A model generated the notes under the pieces. That model saw only the letters and a list, made by a program, of their open reading frames with translations, ran no database searches and was not told where the DNA came from. Positions 1-6,884 of a stretch of 44,043 nucleotides of DNA are shown here, piece after piece; within the stretch, counting starts at the first letter, position 1, and each line of letters begins with the position of its first letter. The translations under genes and the position numbers were made by a program. The DNA comes from Cyanobacteria bacterium P01_H01_bin.119 (GTDB lineage: Bacteria > Cyanobacteriota > Cyanobacteriia > Phormidesmidales > Phormidesmidaceae), in NCBI GenBank assembly GCA_039177155.1, contig JBCDFX010000001.1, positions 1 through 44,043 of the forward strand, written 5' to 3'.

Positions 1-663
1 CAGCCAAAACGCGTGCAGCACATCCTGGGCATTGAGATTGAGCTTCACCTGCTGCCCAGAAGGCACATAGAGTTCACCCGCGACCACGCCGCTGTCTGGG
101 TAGGTAAACACAAAGGCATACTGCACCGCCGTAACATCAACTGTTAAGCTCGGACCCGCGTAACCCGGGCTGCTGCCAATGCCTACGTTGGCGGCCATAG
201 CGTTGGTGGACACAGCATCATTGCCGTACAGCAAGGGCAAACCACCCGCTTCAGTGGCATAGGCAATCTCCATCTTGGATTGAGAGGGCCGCATTGGCGC
301 CATCGGCTCTAGCCCTCCCATCTCTGTGTAGACCTCAAAGCTATAGACCGAAATGCCCAGAACAATTACGGCTGGTATCGCAGTCCACAGGATTTCTAAA
401 GGGATATTTCCCTCAATATGAGGCCCGTCCTCCTCATCTCCTGGGCGGCGGCGAAACCGTATTGCTGCAACAATTAATGCCCCCTCAACCAGCAAGAATA
501 GCCCGGTAGAAATCGTCATCATAGCGTTGAATAAATCATCCACCTGGCTCGCCTCTTCCGAAGCGGCAACGGGCAATAAGCCATGATTTTGGCCATACCA
601 CAGGCTGACTAAGGTGACGAAGATGCCAACCAGCATCGTAATAATTGAACTTGGAATATTCAC
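1..663 (-). CDS. ctaC: Cytochrome c oxidase subunit II (CoxB/CtaC), N-terminal part; the 3' end lies beyond the window edge
   Basis: The minus-strand frame is open from GTG at 663 (alternative ATG at 636) to position 1 (221 codons, no stop). My translation is VNIPSSIITMLVGIFVTLVSLWYGQNHG...LEILWTAIPAVIVLGISVYS...ELYVPSGQQVKLNLNAQDVLHAFWL. This gives two N-terminal TM helices and the start of the cupredoxin domain (DV[IL]H[SA]FW). It is absent from the ORF track because it has no stop codon inside the window. Confidence 0.8.
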   Translation of the reverse strand, partial: MNIPSSIITMLVGIFVTLVSLWYGQNHGLLPVAASEEASQVDDLFNAMMTISTGLFLLVEGALIVAAIRFRRRPGDEEDGPHIEGNIPLEILWTAIPAVIVLGISVYSFEVYTEMGGLEPMAPMRPSQSKMEIAYATEAGGLPLLYGNDAVSTNAMAANVGIGSSPGYAGPSLTVDVTAVQYAFVFTYPDSGVVAGELYVPSGQQVKLNLNAQDVLHAFWL

Positions 664-778
664 AGTGCGAAAGCTCCTGCCGGAGCAGCAAAATTTAACA
701 ATTGGGCCATACAGAACTGAAGCAATGCTCTGCTTAGAGTAAACGTTTAAAGCTGAACCTTCTGAATTGAACGCTAGA

Positions 779-840
779 CTCAAAAAACTTTAAACTCAAA
801 AAACTTTAAACTTAGAAGACTTAAACTCGGAAAACTTAAC
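779..840. repeat. Short tandem repeat, about 4 units of 15-16 bp (CTCAAAAAACTTTAAA x2, then CTTAGAAGACTTAAA and CTCGGAAAACTTAAC)
   Basis: Read directly from the sequence. It lies in the intergenic region upstream of ctaC and downstream of the ABC permease. Confidence 0.75.
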
Positions 841-1121
841 TAAATAATGTGAAGGCAGGCAAACCAGTTCATCAATTCGTATTCAGATGCCAAATGATCT
901 TAAACATTTATTCAGCTTTAGATTGCTTACTGACAACACTGAATATTTCTGGAATATAGCCCATCAATCTGCCCATGAGCAGCCTTTACCTAAGTAATCT
1001 TTGTGCAACCTTTGCCTAAGCAGCCTTTAAATCTAATTTGAATTAGTAGCCACCATAGCGTCAGCATAAAATGCTTCGGCCATCTACTAAGGTAGATCAG
1101 CAAATTAGATTTGACGGCAAA

Positions 1122-1152
1122 GAACCCAAAGATTTGCTTTTTCTTTGGGTTC
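1122..1152 (-). terminator. Candidate intrinsic terminator downstream of the ABC permease gene
   Basis: A 10-bp perfect stem pairs GAACCCAAAG (1122-1131) with CTTTGGGTTC (1143-1152) around an 11-nt loop. On the minus strand it is followed only by TTTG, a short U-tract. It lies about 125 nt after the stop at 1277. Confidence 0.45.
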
Positions 1153-1276
1153 GCTTTAGTTTGTGTCGAGAATTAACCCTGGCAAAGCTCAAAATGGGTA
1201 GCGCAAACTACCTTAATCAACTCAAGCAGGCCATAGTCTTAAAATTACTTATTGATTTACATCGTGCGCCGTCAAA

Positions 1277-2416
1277 TTACTGCTTTAGGCTGCGCGGGTC
1301 TAAGGCGTCTCGCAGGCCATCGCCCAGCAAATTAAACGACAGCACCGTCAGCACAATCAGCGCCGCAGGGGGCCAGATTAGCCAGGGCTGAAGCACCAGA
1401 ATTGAGGCGTTTGTGGCGGAGCTAAGCATATTTCCCCAGGACGGATCAGGTTGCTGAATGCCCAGCCCAATCAGGCTGAGAACGGCTTCGGCAATAATAA
1501 AGCCAGGCACAGCCAGGGTGGCTGAAATCACCACGTAGGTCGCTGTTTGGGGCAAGATATGGCGAATAATAATGTAGAGCGATCGCCCCCCCATCGCCCG
1601 GGATGCCTGCACAAACTCCCGCGCCTTTAAGGATAAAACCTGGCCTCGAATCACCCGCGCTAGGCCGGCCCAGCGCACAAATGAGGTGATCACAATAATC
1701 AGCAAAAACCGCTGGGCGCTGGTCAACGTAGGGGGCAGCAGCGCCGCTAGGGCCACCAGTAAATAAATCCCGGGGATCGTCATTAGCACTTCTACTAGGC
1801 GCATCAGCACTCCGTCTACAAGGCCGCCAAAGTAGCCAGAGATGCCGCCAATCAGCAGCCCCAACGGAAAGGAGATGGCAATCCCAATTAGCCCAATATT
1901 GAGGCTAATGCGGCTGCCGTAAATCAGTCGGCTCAGCTGATCCCGGGCTTGTTCATCGGTGCCGATCGGGTTCCACTTACCAGGGCCAGTGGTGCCCAGT
2001 AGATGCAGGCTTCCGGGAATGCCGCCAAAGACTACCACGTCCTGAAAATTGGGGTCGCTGAGGGAAAATCGCGTGGGCAGCGGCAGCTCAATGCGCAGCC
2101 ACCGGTACTCATCACCTAAGACAAATAGGCGGATGGGAGAGGGCTGCTCAAAATCCACAAACAGTTCGCGATCGCCCGTCTCCAAATCGACTGGCCCCTG
2201 GGTTGTGGGATACACATGGGGACCCAAAAACTGACCCGTTTCCGGATTGCGCCAGTAAATTTGAGTCGGCGGCAGCAGCGATCCATCCGGCTGGGTCAAA
2301 TAGGGATCGTAGGGAGCCACAAAATCTGCGCCAATCGCCATTAGGTACAGAATCAGCAGGGCGATCGCGCCGTAGCGGGCCAGGGAATTTTTTTTAAGCT
2401 TTTGCCACCAGGTCAT
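1277..2416 (-). CDS. ABC transporter permease, oligopeptide/dipeptide (OppC/DppC-like)
   Basis: 379 aa. It has an N-terminal TM helix, a periplasmic loop, and then a BPD-transporter-type core (LIYGSRISLNIGLIGIAISFPLGLLIGGISGYFGG ... SLKAREFVQASRAMGGRSLYIIIRHILPQ), which is typical of OppC/DppC permeases. Confidence 0.85.
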   Translation of the reverse strand: MTWWQKLKKNSLARYGAIALLILYLMAIGADFVAPYDPYLTQPDGSLLPPTQIYWRNPETGQFLGPHVYPTTQGPVDLETGDRELFVDFEQPSPIRLFVLGDEYRWLRIELPLPTRFSLSDPNFQDVVVFGGIPGSLHLLGTTGPGKWNPIGTDEQARDQLSRLIYGSRISLNIGLIGIAISFPLGLLIGGISGYFGGLVDGVLMRLVEVLMTIPGIYLLVALAALLPPTLTSAQRFLLIIVITSFVRWAGLARVIRGQVLSLKAREFVQASRAMGGRSLYIIIRHILPQTATYVVISATLAVPGFIIAEAVLSLIGLGIQQPDPSWGNMLSSATNASILVLQPWLIWPPAALIVLTVLSFNLLGDGLRDALDPRSLKQ

Positions 2417-2553
2417 GGGTATCGCAAGAACGGCAACTAATGAAAGCGACTATAGCGCAAAAGGCTCTATTGCAGTGATAGTGTAGGCAACCTCAAGCAG
2501 TGAGCTTTAGAAAAGGGCACACGGTCGGGCTGGCAGAAGGACTCACAGTGGAT

Positions 2554-3747
2554 TCATAGTGGATTCACTATGGATCCAGCGGCGGATGAGGACTCTTCAA
2601 CGGCAACAGGCGGGTTTTGTGGTGCGGTCTCTACGGCAGGGGCTCCGTAAGCCCCGTTTGAAACTTCAGGCAGCGATCGCTTTGCCAAAGGGTTGTAAAA
2701 AAATGGCCCAGTTTGCGGCGGCAGGGTGGGATCAAGCAAAACTTCCACAATACTCTTGCCTAGCCCCGTCAGCGGAATAGCCAAAATTACTCCCAGCAGC
2801 CCCCCGACCCGAGCGCCCAGCAGCAGCGACGAAAAAACAATCACCGGACTCAGTCCAGTTAGATTACCCATGATGCGGGGAGCTACCAGATTATCTTTGA
2901 CCTGTTGAATCGCGATCGCGACGCTCACCAGCTTTAACCCCATCCATAGATCTAAGGAAGAAACGATAATCGCTACCAGGGTAATGCCGATGGTGGCACC
3001 TACAAAGGGAATAATTTCCATCGCGCCGATAAACACCGCAAACAGCAAGAAAAACGGTACCCGCAGCAGCGAAAAGGCAACCGCCAAACACACCGCCATA
3101 AACAGCCCTAAAATCAGCTGCCCCGACACAAACCGCTGCAAATTTTTCTCTAGGGAGGTGGTTAAACGTCCCCGCACTGCAGGGGTAATAAACGCCGTTA
3201 ACCCGCGCCAGACCCGCTGCCCGTCAATCAGCATATAAAACGACAGCACCAGCACCAGCACTAAATCCAGCACGCCGTTAAAGGTGCCCAGCACCAGCCC
3301 CAGGCCGCCTGATGCGATCGCTTGGGCAGGATCTTTGAGCTGGCTTAGGAGCTGCTGCTCCACCAGCGGCATATCAAAAGGCAACCCCCGCGCCTCACTC
3401 CACAACTGAAACTCCTGAAGCTGCTGACGGGCCGAATCCAACACACTGGGAAAATTGTTGAGCAGCATTCGCCCCTGCTCTAGCACCAGGGGCAGCACCG
3501 TTAGCCCAGCAAAAATTACGGCAATCCCCGACAGCCCGTATACCGCCGCCGCCGCTACCGAGCGTCCAATAAGAGGTTCTAGCCGCTGCAGTGGATAGTT
3601 CAGCAAAAACGCAATTAGCCCTGCCGTGACCAAAATGCTTAGAATTTCACCGACAAAGCTAATGGCATTGAGGGTGAGAGAGCCCGTGATTAAAATAAGC
3701 AACCAGCTAATTAACACTCGCTGGAGCGGGGTAAACAGAGTATCCAT
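2554..3747 (-). CDS. AI-2E family transporter (PerM/UPF0118-like membrane protein)
   Basis: 397 aa and polytopic. The C-terminal core is typical of the family (QLILGLFMAV..., IPFVGATIGI..., GLSPVIVFSSLLLGARVGGLLGVILAIPL). Confidence 0.75.
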   Translation of the reverse strand: MDTLFTPLQRVLISWLLILITGSLTLNAISFVGEILSILVTAGLIAFLLNYPLQRLEPLIGRSVAAAAVYGLSGIAVIFAGLTVLPLVLEQGRMLLNNFPSVLDSARQQLQEFQLWSEARGLPFDMPLVEQQLLSQLKDPAQAIASGGLGLVLGTFNGVLDLVLVLVLSFYMLIDGQRVWRGLTAFITPAVRGRLTTSLEKNLQRFVSGQLILGLFMAVCLAVAFSLLRVPFFLLFAVFIGAMEIIPFVGATIGITLVAIIVSSLDLWMGLKLVSVAIAIQQVKDNLVAPRIMGNLTGLSPVIVFSSLLLGARVGGLLGVILAIPLTGLGKSIVEVLLDPTLPPQTGPFFYNPLAKRSLPEVSNGAYGAPAVETAPQNPPVAVEESSSAAGSIVNPL

Positions 3748-3766
3748 AGTGAACTGGCCCTAAATC

Positions 3767-4618
3767 CTAAACCGCTACTGCTGCTTCCTGCTCATTTTCC
3801 ACAACAAATACGTTGGAGTATAGATTGGCAATAATCTGCTTGCCTTCCTGGGTGAGAGAAAGATAGCGCAGTCCGTCTTCCACATAGGGATGAACCACAT
3901 TCCAGTAGAACTTGGGATAGTTTTTGCGCAAGTCCCCGGGATGGTTGTAGTTGAGAAACTTGGTTTGTCCGGTCTCCTCAAACTCATAGAACAGAGCGCT
4001 AATTTTCTTTAGGTAGCGGGGATCGCTCAGTTGACCAATTAAATCAGCCGCGCGCAGCAGTCCCGGAAACTTTTTGGTGTCTTGATGATCTTCTTCCTTG
4101 GGCACGGGAAAGCGGGTCAGCTCAATATTTTGCTTAATCAACTCGGCATCAATCAGACCATTCTTGCCAAAGCGCTCTTCGACAAAGAGCTTGCCGCGAT
4201 CGACGTGGTACGGCGTTAGCGAAGCATCCGTTGCGCCCTCGGGTAGGTGAACCATTTCACCGTTGGTGCCTGTTGCATATAAACTTTTACGATCGATATC
4301 CTGGCGGCAGACTCCCTTGACGTAGCCAATATCGTGGCACACCAGGGAAATAATAAAATGCAGCCAGCTCTCACCCGTGACCCCTCCTTCGCGGATATGT
4401 TTACCTCGCAAAATCTCTTGACCGACTAAAGTCACCAAAATGGTGTGCTCAACATTGTGATAAAGGGCATCGCTGTTGGCGATATTTTCTAAGGCCATGC
4501 TGCCTGCCCAAGCGATGATGTCCTCATACTCAGGGTTCTGGCCGCCATAGGTGCGATGATAGCCAGCCCGAATCTTATCTACAAAGTCAGCAATTAAAAT
4601 CTCAGTAGCGTTGAACAT
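3767..4618 (-). CDS. HD-domain metal-dependent phosphohydrolase
   Basis: 283 aa. It carries H...HD-type motifs (YHNVEHTILV and LVCHDIGYV). Confidence 0.65.
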   Translation of the reverse strand: MFNATEILIADFVDKIRAGYHRTYGGQNPEYEDIIAWAGSMALENIANSDALYHNVEHTILVTLVGQEILRGKHIREGGVTGESWLHFIISLVCHDIGYVKGVCRQDIDRKSLYATGTNGEMVHLPEGATDASLTPYHVDRGKLFVEERFGKNGLIDAELIKQNIELTRFPVPKEEDHQDTKKFPGLLRAADLIGQLSDPRYLKKISALFYEFEETGQTKFLNYNHPGDLRKNYPKFYWNVVHPYVEDGLRYLSLTQEGKQIIANLYSNVFVVENEQEAAVAV

Positions 4619-5175
4619 GGCGATGATTTACTTGCAGGCGTAAGATGCGGTGAGACAGGTAACGTTACCCGATTGATAATTTGACCCATTTTCTGGCGTA
4701 GCGTTAGAAACTGAGCGCCGATGCGACCCTTTGCCCTAGTTATCCCAGGTTGAAGCTAAAGTCAACAGCCAAATCACGGGTACCCTAACACAGGGCAGGC
4801 GTGATTTGCGGCCTTATCCATGTTTTGTTTCAGAGACATCTCTTTAGCCCGGTTTTATAAGGCTTAGGCAACATCCCCTTGCTTTCCCCAGAGTTTGGAG
4901 CGGTCCAAAACCGGGGGCTACTGCCTAAGCCCTGCTTTAAGGAGAATTGACCCTAAGTGTAGACCCTGCGAACAGGGATTGCAGATTATTTTCAGATTAA
5001 ATCCCATGCCTGCAAGAAAGGCTGCGAGCCTCCAAATATCGCATATCCCCCATAAAGAATATCTGGGCCACGACAAACGCAGCCCAGACGTAGCGTTGTT
5101 AGAAATTATACAGGTGCATGCAAATTCCACCCGAAATTGGAGAATACAGCGTGTTGCGTAAGTCCTAATCGATGC

Positions 5176-5209
5176 AAAAAATAAAACGTCCCCCAATTCT
5201 GGAGGACGT
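5176..5209 (-). terminator. Rho-independent terminator of the 5236-5972 gene pair
   Basis: The minus strand reads ACGTCCTCC-AGAATT-GGGGGACGT (stem 5186-5194 / 5201-5209, one mismatch), followed at once by TTTTATTTTTT (5176-5186). It lies 27 nt after the stop at 5236. Confidence 0.85.
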
Positions 5210-5235
5210 CAGGGCTAAGCGAAGGTAGATGTTCT

Positions 5236-5781
5236 CTAAATCACTGCGGTGTCAATTACCGTAACAATATCTTGAGTACCCCGACTCGGAACATTCAAAG
5301 CAACGGTGAAGTTCTTGGAAGAGTTGCCGAACAGCAGTTCTACGTTGTCAATGGTGCCATCTCTAGCACCCAGATAAATTTGCTCAAGCTCACTTTCCTT
5401 CAGCTTGCTGCCTGCCACAAGATTATCAAAATCCTGAGAGACAAGACCTTTTGCATTTGCTCCACCGCCCAAAAAGAAGTTCTCATCTATGTTATTTGAA
5501 GAGTCATACTGAAAGATGCCGAGCTGATTGTGAGCATCAGGAATATTGATGCCATCCTTGCTCAAACCAGTGATCGCATCTTTGGCCACCTGACCTTCAA
5601 TTAAAATAGTATCTTTGAAGCCCGTTGTGGTATTTAGCTGAATAGTAAAGCTGTCAGAAGACAGTGTTAATAGATCGACGTTTTCAATTCCATCGCCGAG
5701 CACTAATTCTTCGAGTAGTGCTCCCACTTTATTTCTGTGAAGCTTGCTGCCGTTAACAATTGTCTCAAATTCTTCGCTCAC
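5236..5781 (-). CDS. Hypothetical repeat-module protein (FFLGGGANA / VSQxF..V.GS.L / DG.I.NV.LL modules), C-terminal ORF of a split pair
   Basis: 181 aa with a GTG start that overlaps the upstream stop (GTGA). Modules seen in the upstream ORF recur internally. A strong terminator follows. I recognise no family. Confidence 0.55.
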   Translation of the reverse strand: MSEEFETIVNGSKLHRNKVGALLEELVLGDGIENVDLLTLSSDSFTIQLNTTTGFKDTILIEGQVAKDAITGLSKDGINIPDAHNQLGIFQYDSSNNIDENFFLGGGANAKGLVSQDFDNLVAGSKLKESELEQIYLGARDGTIDNVELLFGNSSKNFTVALNVPSRGTQDIVTVIDTAVI

Positions 5782-5972
5782 TTCAAAATTTCATCTAGCA
5801 ATGCTTCAATTTTGTCAGCGTTGAGTTGACTTCCACTAACAATATCGGAAAACTCTTGACTAACAATTTTCTCAGCATTTGCGCCACCGCCGAGAAAAAA
5901 GGAAGATTGAGCATCTGTGTCGAAAACCCCAGTCTGAGACACAGGATTTGTGATGTTAACTAAATTAGCCAT
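5778..5972 (-). CDS. Hypothetical 64-aa protein carrying the same FFLGGGANA-VSQEF-VSGSQL module; possibly the N-terminal part of a frameshifted single gene
   Basis: ATG start at 5972. Its C-terminal 26 aa (SQEFSDIVSGSQLNADKIEALLDEIL) are paralogous to the first 27 aa of the next ORF (SEEFETIVNGSKLHRNKVGALLEELVL). Confidence 0.5.
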   Translation of the reverse strand: MANLVNITNPVSQTGVFDTDAQSSFFLGGGANAEKIVSQEFSDIVSGSQLNADKIEALLDEILK

Positions 5973-6681
5973 TGAGACCTATCCTTTGTGATTTGTGTAG
6001 TTAGAATTACCTCTGAGAGGCATGTCAAATATACCAACAATTACGGATAAAAACTGATATTTATCGAAATTTTATACCCAGCTATTCTACAATTTTAACC
6101 ATAAGAATAACGGCAAAAAATAGTGAATTTTCTGCTAAAAATGGTCGTCTTAGACGACTAAAATTAGTGTCAACAATGCTTTTTGTTGATTGCCTTTTAG
6201 CGCAACTCTACAGGTACGATAAACAATTAGATTTGGATGCGTATAAAGTTGGAACTGCGCTTAGACAGCGGAACTCTTTATGCATGCAATAAGTGCCTTA
6301 AAGACGATAGAAGCTAAAAGCCTTATCTGAAATATTTGTCGTAAATCTGCTAATCAGTGGTCAACGAAAAGCTATATCCAAAAATCCAGATAGATTGGCA
6401 CATATCTCTACAGAGAAGCGATGCTAGTGAGACCTACGACTGAGATCTGCACTGGTAGAGGCTTGACAGCGTGAACCGTTAGCTGAGCTGATGGCATGAA
6501 CGAAAGTGTTCACGCTGAACAACACATCGATGGTACAGCAGCAGATGTGAGATTTGTGTGAAAAAGTCGCAAAGAACACGTAAATTCACTCATTCTTTAT
6601 GCGTAATAGTACGAACCGATTTGAACAGCTTCCGTGTAGCAAATGCTTCTATCCGGATGATTGATCATGGGCTATAGCACT

Positions 6682-6778
6682 GGACAGATTATTTGTCGCA
6701 TCGAGTATCGCTGGGGTAGCTGGCGGATAAGCAATCTGGGTAATCTGACGCGCAGTCTGCCGGCAGACTGCGCGTCAG
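6682..6778 (-). repeat. Intergenic hairpin repeat, copy 1 (minus orientation), with its terminal module duplicated in inverted form to give a 34-nt perfect palindrome (6745-6778)
   Basis: GGACAGATTATTTGTCGCATCGAGTATCGCTGGGGTAGCTGGCGGATAAGCAATCTGGGTAATCTGACGCGCAG aligns with copy 4 (17867-17937: GGTCAGATTGCTTATCGCACCGGGTATCGCTGAAGGGGCTGATATAACTCAACCTGACGCGCAA). Confidence 0.7.
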
Positions 6779-6884
6779 CGGAAAGTTGTCTTCAGTTTTT
6801 ATAGAACTGATGTATTGTTAGGAGTACAGGCGATCGCACTCTAAGTTCGACAGTCTATCTATCTGCACCTATGCCCCTACTGCT

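Noticed and set aside
1071-1391. 106-aa plus-strand ORF
   Set aside because: It overlaps the 3' end of the well-supported ABC permease on the opposite strand and runs through the terminator hairpin. It has no recognisable motifs, so I treat it as a chance ORF.
4895-5196. Two mutually overlapping ORFs (88 aa plus, 92 aa minus) in the 4.6-5.2 kb gap
   Set aside because: They are antisense to each other, Cys/Arg-rich, and have odd composition. They coincide with the paired RNA-like segments. I treat the region as non-coding.
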